DNA of 64,000 nucleotides, taken from assembly GCF_037042905.1 (NCBI RefSeq), contig NC_087263.1, positions 11,472,001-11,536,000 of the forward strand, read 5' to 3'. The notes below the pieces were generated by a model. The model was not told the origin of the DNA and did no database searches. It saw only the letters and a list, made by a program, of their open reading frames with translations. Source of the stretch: Lytechinus pictus (Eukaryota). Positions 48,364 to 61,891 of this stretch are shown piece after piece; the first letter of the stretch is position 1, and every line of letters starts with the position of its first letter. Both the position numbers and the translations under genes were made by a program.

Positions 48364-48963
48364 AGGACAAGTCCACCCCAACAAAATTTTGATTTGAATA
48401 AAAAGTGAAAAGTCCAACAAGCATAACACTGAAAATTTCATCAAAATCGGATGTAAAATATGAAAGTTATGATATTTTAAAGTTTCGCTTAATTTCACAA
48501 AACAGTTTTATGCACATCCCGGTCGGCATGCAAATGAGGGAACTGATGACATCACTCACTCACTATTTATTTTGTATTTCATTATATGAAATATGAAATA
48601 TTATTATTTCTCCTCATTGTCCTTGTGAAACAAAGTTTTATTTCTCCCTGAACATGTTGAATTACCATTGCTTAACATTTTTTATGGTTCAGTTAAGTTA
48701 GTCCTTATGGTCAAATCTGCAAAAATTGAAATAATGTATAATTCGAACAATAAAAAAAAATTGTGAGTGAGGGGCATCATCGATTCTCTCGTTTGCATGT
48801 GACTAAATAATTGTGCATATAAACTATTTTGTGAAAAATAAGCGAAACTTTGAAATGTCATAACTTTCTTATTTTACATCCGATTTTGATGAAACTTTCA
48901 TCATGATGCTTGTCTGATTTTTCTCTATTGATTCAAATCAACAGTTTTACGAGGTGGACTTGA
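48364..48963. mobile_element. Kolobok-like MITE
   Basis: TTAA-AGGACAAGTCCACC... / ...GGTGGACTTG; internal inverted TCATCAAAATCGGATGTAAAAT. Confidence 0.75.
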
Positions 48964-49419
48964 CATTGGACTACGCCACTTTACTCCGGTGTTATTTCCT
49001 GTGTTAGTTCAACGGTTCCATGATATTTGTTCCGGGGCCAATTATTGCTTCAATGGAAACTCTGCACCTTAAGCAAAACATAAAACATACTCTTTAGTTA
49101 AAAAAAACTAAATAAATTAACCTTAGTCATTTTATTTACATTATTCTGAACCAAAAACTTTATTACAATCCTAACGCTGTATCTATGCCCTCTTAAATAT
49201 TAAGGCCGGAGAAAATGACGCAGGAGCAAACAATGACGTAACTTGGGGGGGGGGGGGCAAGTGCCCCCCCCCCCCTCTATCGGCTGTGGCAAAAAAGAAT
49301 CAGGGGAAAAGGAATAAAAAGAGGGAGAAATAAAAGAAATTATTGTATATTATGTTATGTTATAGTATATATGTATGGATGTTTTATTTATTTAAATACG
49401 GGATAAAAAAAAACCTGCT

Positions 49420-50400
49420 TTCAGCCGCAAATGTGACCAAGGTATTATCAACAACGATACCCAAACAATTGCAGTTTTCTACTCTTTTCAGAACTTGGTC
49501 ATTAATCCGAACATTATTGGCAAATAAATTGGTCTTATGCTTCGAGCCTATAATGACCAGTTTACACTTTTTAACATTCAACAAAAGCTCATTGTGTATT
49601 AACCAGTATATAGAGGCCAGGTCTTCGTTTACTATATATTGCATTCGAGTAGGACCTCTAGATGATACATATATCGTCTGCATAAAGTGATATGTTACAA
49701 TATTTTATTACTTTAGGGAGATCGTTCATGTAAAGTATGAAAAACAAAGGCCCAAGAATACTCCCTTGAGCAATTCCACATTGTATAGTTTCTTCAGTGG
49801 ATTCATTTCCATTTACGACGGTTTTCTGGGTTCTAAAAGTGTAAATAGTTTTGAATCCATCGTAAACAATTTTCATCAAATCCATAACATTTTAATTTTT
49901 AAGCAATATCTCGTGGATAATCATATCAAATTCCTTTTCCAGGTCTAATGCAACAAGGGCAACTGACTCTCCTCTATCTAGTGATTTAGTAATATTTTCA
50001 GTAAGATTTAATAGAGCAAGGCTTGTTGAAAAGTTTGGACGGAAACCAAATTGGTTTGGAATAAGTATGTCATTTTCATTTAGATATTTATATATTTGTT
50101 TAAAGACTATATTTTCTATATGACCTTGGAGAGTACTGGTAATATAGATATTGGTCTGTAGTTAAATGGAATTGAAGCATCACCACCCTTAAATAATGGA
50201 GTAATTCTTGCCCTTTTCCATTCGAGTGGAACATACCCTTCTTTCAGTGATGAATTAATGATATGTGCCAGTGTGTTAACAATACAGGTAGACGAGTCTT
50301 TCAGTATACTCGAAAGAATTGTATCGAGACCGGTCGCTTTGTTACGTGGTATCTCTGAAAGACATTTTCTGATTTGTTCTTCAGTAATCTGAGCAAATCA
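49420..50400 (-). mobile_element. Degraded CR1/L2-group LINE RT fragment
   Basis: [54 protein letters not shown] with stops and frameshifts. Confidence 0.85.
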
Positions 50401-50719
50401 AAAAAAAAAAAAATAAACAATACCTGGCTCCGTTTGCAGTCGTTTGTTGCTGCCCTCGACGTTAGTTGGTTTGTACTCATTCTTCCATGAAGTACTAAAT
50501 TTGTGAGTGAGCAATAGAATTAAATAAATGCAATAGCATGAACTTTTCATTACATGCGATTTAAGTTAAATGCGTCAAGTTAAATCTGTTGAAAAAAAAA
50601 ATCGAAATATGATTACAAATAACAAATTCTACTTATATAAATTAAGTGTTAACTACTAATTCACAGATTTTGTTTAGTGTGTAATGCTCCCCAAAACATA
50701 ATACAAAGTAATGTAAATC

Positions 50720-51540
50720 AGATACAATTTTACAGATTCTTACATTCTTACATCGTAAAAAAAACAGTATAAAAGTGAGCATAAATGGAAATGATGGGTC
50801 CACTAAAAGCAAAGCTTGTAAAGTGTGGATCCCCCTTGGAAATGAAAAAAAATTAGTAAATTGTCAACTTAATCATACATAAGAAAAGAGAAAGGTGGAA
50901 AACAGATTGATGTAAACATATTTTAAATAAGTGACCAAATGCAAATCTAGTCACACCAAGAGGTTTCCGCTACATTGCGCATTAAACAGAAGAAAAGGAA
51001 GAGAGGTGGAATGGCAAGACATAAAAGACAAGACTAAACAAGAGACAGGACAAGACAAGGTAAGAAAATAATAAGTAAATAAGAAAAAAGGAGGAAAGTC
51101 AGTATGGGGAAAAGCTGACCACAGACAAGCTTGATCTGGTGCAAAAACAAAAGATGATATAACTGGACAATGAAGACAAACAAGATAAAACAATAAAAAT
51201 GAAAAATGTAAGTATGATAATCAAGATGATAATGAAATGTTAGTTCCGATGCCTAGAATTATAGGCGGAATGAAGCAGGATAAGTTTGAATTTACGTTTG
51301 AATGCATGTTAAGAGACACTGTCTTACATTATTAAGAAGGGAGTTCCAGAATTTAGGACCGTTGAATATGAATGAATTTTTGGCCAGTACAGTTCTGTAA
51401 AGTGATATATGAAATTCGTCAGAGTGTCTCGTGGGGTAGTTATGATAAAAATTATTTTTAGGGAACATGGCATCAAAAATAAAAATATGAGGAAGTGCGT
51501 TATTATTGTAACTATACATGAATTGCCCTAACTTACACAA
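50720..51540 (-). mobile_element. 3' fragment of a LINE related to the 9514-11125 family
   Basis: KLGQFMY..HNYPTRHSDEFH..NGPKFWNSL resembles the 9972-10226 peptide; shared 3'UTR motif CTAAAAGC..AGCTTGTA.AGTG. Confidence 0.75.
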
Positions 51541-51674
51541 ATCCCACGGGTCTTTGACTAACAGAAAAAGTGGGGGTAATTAACCTAAACCTAATAAAAA
51601 AACTAGTAAACCTTCTTCTGCCATTAAGATGGCGCTATTCATCATTTTGATCGTGGACTTGTTTCTGTAACATG

Positions 51675-51829
51675 CACTGGCGGATCGGGGGATGGGGGGG
51701 GGGGGGGGGGGGGGGGCACGGCCGGCCCGTTCCCTGCCCCCCCCCCTTGGAGCCCAATTAAAATTAGTGATGTAAAACGTGTGCCCCCCCCCCCCCCCCC
51801 TTCGGAAGTGAAGATCTTAATTTTTGGTT

Positions 51830-51869
<40 letters not shown>

Positions 51870-51929
51870 TGTCAAATTTTTCCTCCGGAAAATATTTCCT
51901 TCTATCGAAAAATCATGGATCCGCCCCTG
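51675..51929. mobile_element. Short hAT-like MITE
   Basis: CACTGGCGGATC / GATCCGCCCCTG ends; near-TSD GTAACATG / GTACATG. Confidence 0.55.
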
Positions 51930-52149
51930 GTACATGCATAATGATTTTTAAACATTTTTATTATATTATATATATATATAATCGATTCATATTACGTATT
52001 ACCAATAATTTACAGTCGAACGTCATAATATATTTATGATGAATCATATGAAAGGTATATGATGAGGAGGAGGGAGAACAAGATGATCATCATGATCATG
52101 ATCACGATGACGGTGGTATTGATTGACGTGTATATGCACATGCAAGAGC

Positions 52150-52345
52150 GGAGGTCCCGTGGCCGAGTGGTCTAAGGCGCCTGGCTGTGCATGAAAAAGT
52201 CCGGGGTTCGATCTCCGGCCGCGGCAGCTATGCCCGTGAGCAAGGCTTTTAATCTACAATGCTTTTTTATCCTGCTTTCAAATAAATGGAAATGCTTTAT
52301 TCATTATTGGTAACTAGGTGTGAACTTGTAAAAAAAAAAAAAAAA
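52150..52345 (+). mobile_element. tRNA-derived SINE with poly(A) tail
   Basis: A-box TGGCCGAGTGG, B-box GGTTCGATCTCC, GAGCAAGGC body, A-run at ~52330-52345. Confidence 0.75.
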
Positions 52346-53254
52346 CGTGATGACCATCATTTTTCTCATCGGATTTTTCTTACGTAATATTAGTGAATGT
52401 AAAAATTCCTTTCAGGAATTGTTATGGATGGGGAAAAAATCAGAATGAAATAGAATAATCATCATCTTTTCTATTTCGAGATTCTTTTCGCCAAGAGTTT
52501 TGGCGGCATTGGACGCCTAATACCTCCAATATATTATCATGCATTAGCTTGTCACATTATATGTTTATATTTGTTATTTTTTTAATACATGACATAATCG
52601 TTTTTAATGTCACCCCCCCCCCCCCGCAACCAAGCCGCATGGGGACTGTCCCGTTTATTTCCCCCCTTCTGAATGTCACTTTGTTATTATTAATGATCCA
52701 TATTTATGATGTAAAAAAAGTGAAGAACATACACAAGAAATGAGAATCGAAAATTAAGAGTTTATAAAAGGGATAAATTCATAAAAATCAAGTAAGAGTC
52801 CTCAAAATGGCTCTCGGTAATTTTTTCAATTTGTTAAGCTTGTGCTTCGCAGTACTCGATCAGACCTGTTGTCCGAAGTAAGGTATATAGGCCTACTTAA
52901 ACCTTTGAAACAAGTGGGCTTGTGTGGATACAAAAAAAATATCAAAGAATAAGGTCAATGAAAGTTTGAGAAAAATCGGACAAAATAGTGAGAAAGTTAG
53001 GAGCATTTGAATATTGCCGCGATCACTAATTCTATGGAGATCCTCTCCTTGGCAATGCGACAAAGAATGTGTGATGTCATTGTGAACAACTTTCCCTTTG
53101 ATGGACTATAAAATCCCCCCAAAATGTATCTTTTTTCTCTTTCTTATGGTAATACAAACTCTTTATCCATATTCTTTGAAAATCTGTATTACATGCCCTC
53201 CAACCTATATATCCATGATAGAGGCATTTTAAGTGAAATATTATAGGGCCTACA

Positions 53255-53803
53255 CCCGGGGGGGCCACTTCCATTCACGAGTGGATACCACGCGCGACCA
53301 TGGGGTCTCGAAAAGCACCCTAAACACGTAATTTCCATATTCTGAAAATGCACCCCTTAACAAGTATTGGCGTGTGAAACCCTACCCTTTACAAGTATTG
53401 CATGGAAACAAAACGATACTCTTGGCAAATGTTCCCTGAAATGAACACCTAAACAAGTACAGGAATGTTTTATTGTTACGGTCGTCGGCTTTACCGCATT
53501 TGGTTTAGTACGACCCCACCTTCTATACACCTCGCGCAAATCGGACTCTAAACACGAAGTGTTGGGGCAAAAAGGACATCCTTTATAAAATATTTTAAAT
53601 TTGTTTTATCATCCCCGCGAATTCGACCCTAAACACGTAATTTTCCTAGCGAAATAGATACCCTTTTTTCATTATTTGTGTGTTTTTGACACCCTTATCA
53701 CGTAACGTACGTAACGTGCCCTATCGTGAAAAAGACATCCTTTTTACGTGTTTTTTTTTGGTCGCGCATGGTATCCACTCGTCAATGTAAGTGGCCCCCC
53801 GGG
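53255..53803. mobile_element. CCCGGG-ended MITE, 8-bp TSD GGCCTACA (inverted copy of 29734-30358)
   Basis: TSD 53247-54 and 53804-11; same TIR and body. Confidence 0.88.
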
Positions 53804-53967
53804 GGCCTACAAAAAGTCACAATGGCAGTTGTTCACATGCGACATATCACCATACAGATATAGCAAACTAGTAATATACCTCCATGGACATCACAGATCT
53901 TTGTCGCATTGCCAACGGGAGGATCTACATTTTGATGATCCAAACTTCAAATGCTCATAGTTGTATT

Positions 53968-56075
53968 CATGGGCGGAAATCTCTCCCCGAAGGTAGGGGG
54001 GACCAGGGGCGGATCCAGCTCCCGCCAATTTTTCACCCATATTCTCGATCGGCGGCTCAAAGTTGATTTTTGTTTGTTTCTTTGAAAGGGTTGTCCCAGT
54101 GGCGTAATGAGCCAAAAATTTTGAGGGGGCTTGATACGGTGTATCAGGTAAAATTAATAAGAAGTTGCGAGCGAGCAAAAATTTCACAGATGTTCATTAC
54201 AAAAATCAAAGTTTGTGATAGATTTTGACATGACATTTGGAAAATAATAGGCTTTATATTTCACCCTTATCCCTTTCCTGTTCTCTTTTTGTTTCTTGGT
54301 CGTGAAAAATTGGGGGGGGGGGGGGCAAAACGCCGATGTCCTAACAGTCACTTCTATAAAAATACATTAAAAAGTGTAGGAATATTCGGGGCAATGTGTG
54401 TGAAAAAGATGCGTATGTAGCTAAATAATTACTTCGCGAGCAGACATGTTTAATATGGGTTCTGGCTTGATCTGTAAGGGACCTGATAAGGACGTTTTGC
54501 AGTTAGCCATTAAGACGATAAATATTTAAACTATTAAATAATGCGAGCGCGAAGCGCGAGCTGAAATTTTTTTGACATTCCGACCTAAAAAGTTGACATT
54601 CTAAGCACTATTTGTAATCATTAACGGTATAGGTATAAAACCAAACAATTAATGCGAGCCCAAAGCGCAAGTGGAAAAATTGAGATTTCAGACCTAATAA
54701 TGGGACACTCTATTCATGTTTTGTAAATCATGAAAAAAATTGGAAATTTTGTCTTTTCCTACATTAATAATGCGAGTGCAAAGCGCGAGCAGAATTTTTT
54801 TTGATATTCTGATCTGAAACTGGATAATTTTAGCACGTTTTGAATAAAGATCAAGCTGCGTATCTTAATAAAAATGTGTGCGCGTGTTTTAGAGTTAGGC
54901 AGAATCTGGGCATTCTGAATACATTTCATTTTTATCATGAAAATCAATAATGCAAGCGCGAAGCGCGAGCGGAAAATACTTGATATTCCGGTATGAAAAG
55001 GTGAATTTAAGCACTATCTAAAAAGTACTGTGTAGGGAAATTGTGAAGTGGATACGGATAGCACGTAATAAAATAATGATGCGAGTGAGAAGCGCGAGCT
55101 GATATTATTATTACTATTTTGACCTGAGACATGTGAGACCTGTACATTCTTGGCCTAAGGACATTTTGTCATCATATGAAAATGATGACTATCCTCCTAT
55201 TCCTATTCTGAAAAAGCGACAATTTTGTTATAAGGAATTCATGAAAATTTTATCTATCGTATTTATTAATGTTATAAGCATAATGAGTGAGTGAAATTTG
55301 TTGACATTGAGGCCTGAAAACTGGATATTTTAAGCACTTTTGTAATCATGAATAGGATTTATGAGTTTATATATTTTTAACAATAATGCCAGCGCAATCG
55401 CGGACGAAATTTTTGATAAACTGTCATAAAAGGGGGATTTCAAGTAATTTGTTATAGAATTATTACCGGTATATAAAGAATCTGATGGACTAAACAGAGA
55501 CAATATGTAGGCCTACTTGGCAAATCAAATAAAGCGAGCGAACATTGCAAAAAGCTGCAAATGATATTCACACAATAAAACGGACATTTTATAGAGCAAT
55601 TTGTAAATCAAACAAAATAATAAAAACTCGATGTTCGAGCTGAAATATATGCATTGTATATTTCAAAACTTGATATTTTAAGCTACATATCAGCCTAGTA
55701 AACACGATATGTATTTCGTCGAACAGGCTATGCGAGCGCGAAGCGCGAGCAAAAATTTAATATAGTGACATGAAATATATTTTCAAATAATTTTCCAAGT
55801 CTTCCCTTGAACTTATTTTATTCACTCGTCTCCCTCCTCTTATTTTTCCTTTTCATTTTTCCTCTTTGTCCCCCTTCTTTTTTCTTTCTTTCCCCCTTTT
55901 TTTCAATTTTTCTCCTCCAAAATACATGTATTATTTCGATTTTTATTGATGTATTTCTTTCCATCATAAAAGACCAAAAATAGTAGGGGGGGGGGGGGAC
56001 AATTGATATTGTGTCCCCCTACTATTTTGGGTAGGGGGACGCGACCCCCTGTCCCCCCTGGGATTTCCGCCCATG
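53968..56075. mobile_element. 2.1-kb non-autonomous hAT-like element
   Basis: TIR CATGGGCGGAAATC / GATTTCCGCCCATG; 8-bp TSD GTTGTATT; internal GCGAGCGCGAAGCGCGAGC repeats. Confidence 0.85.
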
Positions 56076-57206
56076 GTTGTATTCATTTTTTCTCAAACTT
56101 TTGTTGATCTGTTTGTTTGATTTTTTCTGTCATTCGCACAAGCTATCTTGAGTGTTTAAAAATAATGTTTCATTAACCCCCATGCCCCGTTGTATGTGGG
56201 GCTTTGGGGCCATGAACCCCCTCAAAAATTCACGACCTATAAAGCCAAGGAGCTGAGAAAAGAAAGAAAAGGAAAAGAAAAAGGGTGGAATATGTTTTAT
56301 TAAAAAACTATCATATCAAAATCTATCATCTATACTCCCAAATATATATATATATATATATAGATTTTTTAATGAAAAGGTTAACCCATTGGCCATCTTT
56401 TGTGTTGGGGGGGGGACGCCTATTGTTGCGTCCCCCCAAACACAAAAGATAATCCTCTGCTCCGCCGCCAATGGGTTAATCCCCCCCAAAATCCTGACGT
56501 ACGATGTTGTCGGTCATTCCCCCAACTTCGATCGAAAGCATGATGTTCATGTTCACGCCCCAGGCCATGCTAGAGATCCCATGACTACGTCATCGGACGA
56601 GCCCACTTTTTTCACCAATGAAATTTCACTTGATTTTCCCTAAATCGAACCATGCCATTGCCAATCGGTATTGTGAATTTAAAACGCATCATTTCTTTTC
56701 AAAAAATCAATTTAATGGATAAAAAGTCATAAATTTGAATGTCACACTATTAATTATTCCTAATATAATTTATCAATCGATTTTAGTCAAAATTTAACTA
56801 CACTGTATTTATAACAATTTTGCATTTTATAGATGTACGAGAACGAGACCAAAACAAATGATTGCACGGGATGGGACCGTGTACTTGGCTTGCACTGCTG
56901 CTAGTAAATCGAAAAACTACTTGATTTCATTGTATTAGCTGGACAACCGGCGCCGGTAATTATTGAATTATGTAAAGAATGTAGTATTTCATTGTTGTTT
57001 GGAACATGAGTATGTTAGCCCCAATAGTCAATGTTTTTCAATGTACTTCTGTCTTCATTTTTTTAGTGAGTGTGGCGACGTCAACCGGAACAATCTCGAC
57101 CAGGCGCGCCGAGCCTAGCCCGCTAGAGCGATATCGGCGTGTGCCTCTTTGACCTTGCTGTATTGTGTACTTGTTGGTGCGGTACCCAGTACCGCGAGCT
57201 CGAGCC

Positions 57207-58386
57207 GGGGCCGATTGCACGAAAGGGTCTTTCCAAGGACCGTCTTTCGTGTCGCCCATCATTTATGATGCGCTATAAGCGGGGTGTTTCTGAAATTTAT
57301 GATAAACAAATATAATTTGTAAGCTTGCTTTAAAATCAAATTTTATACAATTTTGTGAGATATCACATCATTTTATAAACAAATATTTTGTTTATTTTAA
57401 CGGACGAATAAAATATGTTTGCAGATAATTTATTTGAAATGCGTTTCACATGGCGCATCATAAAAAATGGGCGACACGAAGGACCCACCCATGGGTTCAT
57501 ATCATCTCGCGTGCGAAGGAATATCAGTCATATTCACGCGACACATCCAAAATATACTGGGCTTTTGCCCACATAAAATATCATGCATAATCTGGTATTT
57601 CACATTCTGCTATGACACTTACCGAATCATTTAGATCCTTCCGTGACTTCTCCTTGAAGTTTCTTTTATAAAATATGTATATTTTCTTGATCTTTAGTGA
57701 AGATTTCACGGAGATAAAAATTGGTTAGCGTGGATATCAATTTTCTCCTATAGAGGGCGCGCGATTTATATTCATATCAAAGACACGACAAGGGAAAGAC
57801 TAGGCGCCTACACTATTTTACACGCAAATCGACGCAAGGCATTACGCGAAGTCCGTGAAGTGTCCAATCTTTTCATTGTATAGACTTTGGTATACCGTAT
57901 TATTGACGTTCGTTAAAGCTTGTACTGCTGGTTTCGTTCCAGGCAAGTGTATTTTTTCAATTTTTTTATTAGTCATCGTTTTAAATTAATTGCAAAAAAG
58001 TGTTATCATCGCCAATAGTAATCTTGAATTATGTTTTTTAAGGTATTTCATTTATTGGTGCCCATAATTAGTAAATTAATCTTAAGAATTGCGCATTCAA
58101 AGAATTTAGACACAGTTATAAAATTACCGCTCTTTTTATAATGAAATTATTTCCAAATCATATGTTTAATTTTTTTATGTATTGCTACTTACCGGAAAGA
58201 GCCCCGGTGCGTAGCGAGAAGGAGTTTCGGCAAATATTACTTCAGCAATGAAGCGATGTTTGCCGACTACTTCGAAATCCAGGGTCAAACACGGTCCCTT
58301 GTACGAGGTTAGTATTTATACTAACCTCGTATTAGTGTGAGTGCGAAAGACCGTCCTTGCAAAGACCCTTTCCTGCAATCGGCCCC
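57207..58386. mobile_element. 1.2-kb non-autonomous TIR element (Harbinger-like ends)
   Basis: 43-bp TIR GGGGCCGATTGCA(C/G)GAAAGGGTCTTT(C/G)CAAGGAC(C/G)GTCTTTCG with 3 mismatches. Confidence 0.8.
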
Positions 58387-59180
58387 ATGTCTATGCCAAA
58401 TTCAATTCCATGGCCATGCCGGCATAGCTACATGTATGCCATGGGCTCCGCCGCGCTCAGGCTAGGCGCAGCTGGGTGTTAATAATACAGTTTTGCACCG
58501 ACTGACTTCGAGCAAATTTCCCCACCAGAATTCAGAAATTGTTCTCAACTCAAGTCAGTCTTGGACTTGGTCAGTTTACTTTCAGATCATGTTCAGGCAT
58601 GTCTTGTCAGGGTCAATCAACGATGCCATTGACATTGTCACAATGCCCACCGCTTTTCCAATTATCGTAATCGGGAACCATGGGAACAGTTGTTGTAACT
58701 TATAAGGTAATTGTATTTTGGCTTTGATCTCGATGTCATCGTTCAAATTCTTGGACTGGTCTTGGACTGAAGTCATTGAAGTTTATAGCGACCAAACGGT
58801 TGAGCTGCAGCAGACAAAATTTTTGCCTGCTTTTTGGGGGTGTACTACTAGTAGTGTACTGATAGATGTGGGCTACTCAAATTACTAAATAAAATAAAAG
58901 GAGTTTTGGTCAATATTTAGAGTAACCTGCCCAGAATTTGAAATGTTAAGGCTTTCTGCAAAAGTTATACTTAATTTCACAAAAAAGTTATATGCACATC
59001 CGGTCTGTATGCAAATGAGGGAACTCATGACATCACTCACCATTTCTTGTATTTTCTTATATGAAATATGAAATATTCTTATTTTCTCCTCATTGTCCTG
59101 GGAAACAAAGTTTTATTTCTCCCTGAACATGTGGATTACCATTGTTTAACATTTTATAGATCAGTCAAGTTGGTCCTTAA

Positions 59181-60616
59181 AGTTGAATTAAGAAGACGAT
59201 TCCAAATATTGAGATATTTACATTAATAGCAACCTTACAACCCCCCAAACACTAATAGTTGATTCGACCCCCCATTTTATTTTTTCAAAATAGTGAATTT
59301 GAACGATTTATCCCTACACATTTTCCCTGAGTTCGCTCCTGCAATGCCTACCGAGACGGGTGTTCTTTGAGTGTGACGTCACCGGGGGGTATTCGGTCCC
59401 GGTGTAGTAAACAAGGCAGTGCCGTTTTGTGTACTATGCACGTACTCCTTCATATGGAATAACTGCAGTTGAAGTTGTATCTGCGAGCCATAGAACTTGC
59501 AAAGAGGAAATGATTAAAATATTTGTGGCCGTACTATTATTCCAAATATGTGAATTCCCTCAGAATGATACCATAGACCCTAAAGGAATAATATGAAATT
59601 TGATCGAGATCTTCTCACCAGTCGATAACGTAGCAGACGTGTTATTATGACATATTTATCCGCGTGTGACGCGGCTCTTGCAAAAAAACACAGTTGGTTG
59701 CGGAATTGCTTTGTGCCGACCCGCCGCCCGCTCCGGCGCAGCTAGCTGTCGAGCTACCGTACCGTTCTTGTTGTCTTCAACCATAGAGATGTATACTAAT
59801 TACTATATATCTTTCTGTCTTCAACTCACTTCCGAATTGCGTTTGTATGTGTGACGGTGACCCCTAGCGTAATTAAATATAGAAAACAACTCAGAAGGCC
59901 GAGAAAGAATACTATACGTTTGGTTCAAGATTGTTCTGTGGAATGAGCTATGAGTGGAAATGATCCAGAGGATATAAAAGTGGAGTCAAAGATAAAAGAA
60001 AAGAAGAAAAAACGCCAGGGGATCGCTGCACGGCCATGAACTAAGTCGACATACCAGACCATAACAGTACACTCAATGCCTGGGTGTTGTGTGTACTAGT
60101 ACGGTATTATGCGTTCAGCGCGCGCTGAGCTAGCCGCCGGAATTACTTTCCAGCTACTCACTTGATTGAACATCGTGATAAAATAAATGAGAAATAGTGA
60201 AAATATCATTCAATAACTCACTGTTTGCTATCTTACATCATGATTGAAGAGTTCATGGTGGTTATTCATACTGTTTTTTATACAGGGAAAGTAAAGATTT
60301 GTACATATCAGTCCTATTTGTTTGATTTGAGTTGCTTTGAAAAAAAATTGTAAAATATCTTTCTCTCTCTGCATAGCATTTCTGTATGACATTCAGGCAC
60401 CTCTTATACTAAATTCCCCCCGGTGACGTCACACTCCGAGTGACTTTTCTGTACACTCGTCTCTCGGGCTCTGACAGGTGGCTAATTTCATAGACTTTCA
60501 AAGCAAAATATCGAGAAGGCAGAGGATTATTGTGACATGCTATGTGTTTGAACAACTTATATATATTGTATGTAGAACCTATATTTATGGAAACTCACCC
60601 CCTTCTTAATTCAACT
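59181..60616. mobile_element. Kolobok-like non-autonomous element
   Basis: TTAA TSD, TIR AGTTGAATTAAGAAG; inserted in an older MITE of the 48364 family. Confidence 0.82.
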
Positions 60617-60936
60617 TTAAGTACTATCAAATCTGTAAATATTGAAATATTGTATCCAATCCCCCAAAATTAGTTTTTTATTAGAGGAAAAAGAAAAAAA
60701 ATCAGACAAGTTGATAGGTGAAAGTTTGAACAATATCAGACAAACAATTGAATTGAATTGAATTGAAAAAAACAATAAGAAAGTTATGATTTGTTTAGAG
60801 TTGTAAACATTAGTAAGACCTGTCTATACTCATGGAGACTTCAAATTGGCCGCATATATATGTCATAGTCAGGGCTCCACACTAACCTTTTTTTACTCGT
60901 CTAACCTGTTCATATCAGACCAGTAGATACCCAGTT

Positions 60937-61891
60937 TTTGTCTCACCTGCATAGCAGAGTGAGACTATAGGCGCCGCTTTTCCGACGGCGACGGCGGCGG
61001 CGGCGTCAACACCAAATCTTAACCTGAGGTTAAGTTTTTGAAATGACAGCATAACTTAGAAAGTATATGGACCTAGTTCATGAAACCTGGCCATAAGGTT
61101 AATCAAGTATTACTGAACATCCTGCCGGAGTTTCATGTCACATGACCAAGGTCAAAGGTCATTTAGGGTCAATGAACTTAGACCATGTTGGGGGAATCAA
61201 CATCAAAATCTTAACCTAAGGTTAAGTTTTTGAAATGTCATCATAACTTAGAAAATATATGGACCTAGTTCATGAAACTTATACATAAGGTTAATCAAGT
61301 ATCACTGAACATCCTGCATGAGTTTCACATCACATGACCAAGGTCAAAGGTCATTTAGGGTCAATGAACTTTGGCCGAATTGGGGGTATCTGTTGAATTA
61401 CCATCATAACTTTGAAAGTTTATGGATCTGATTCATGAAACTTGGACATAATAGTAATCAAGTATTACTGAACATCCTGTGCAAGTTTCAGGTCACATGA
61501 TCAAGGTCAAAGGTCATTTAGGGTCAATGAACTTTGGCCAAATTGGGGTATTTGTTGAATTACAGCCATAAATTTGAAAGTGTGTTGGTCTAGTTCATAA
61601 AACTTAGACATAATAGTAATCAATTATCACTGAACATCCTGTGCGAGTTTCAGGTCACATGATCAAGGTCAAAGGTCATGTAAGGTCAAAGAACTTTGAC
61701 CACGTTGGGGGTATTTGTTGAATTGCCATCATATCTCTATAAGTGTATTGGTCTAGTTCATAAAACGTGGAAATAAGAGTAACCAAGTATCACTGAACAT
61801 CTTGTGCGAGTTATAGTAGTTTTCAAAATCAGCACTGCTGCTATATTGAATCGCGTGATGCAGGTGAGACGGCCAGAGGCATTCCACTTGT
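60937..61891 (+). mobile_element. Helentron-associated (HINE/DINE-1-like) element with 162-192-bp internal tandem repeats
   Basis: T-rich flanks, sub-TIR GTCTCACCTGCA / TGCAGGTGAGAC, 5' hairpin, (CGG)n, core repeats with AAGGTCAAAGGTCA at ~61148, 61340, 61503, 61665; isolated 3' end also at ~44105-44177. Confidence 0.82.

Noticed and set aside
52150..52230. Functional tRNA gene
   Set aside because: No proper anticodon arm; continues into a SINE body and poly(A).
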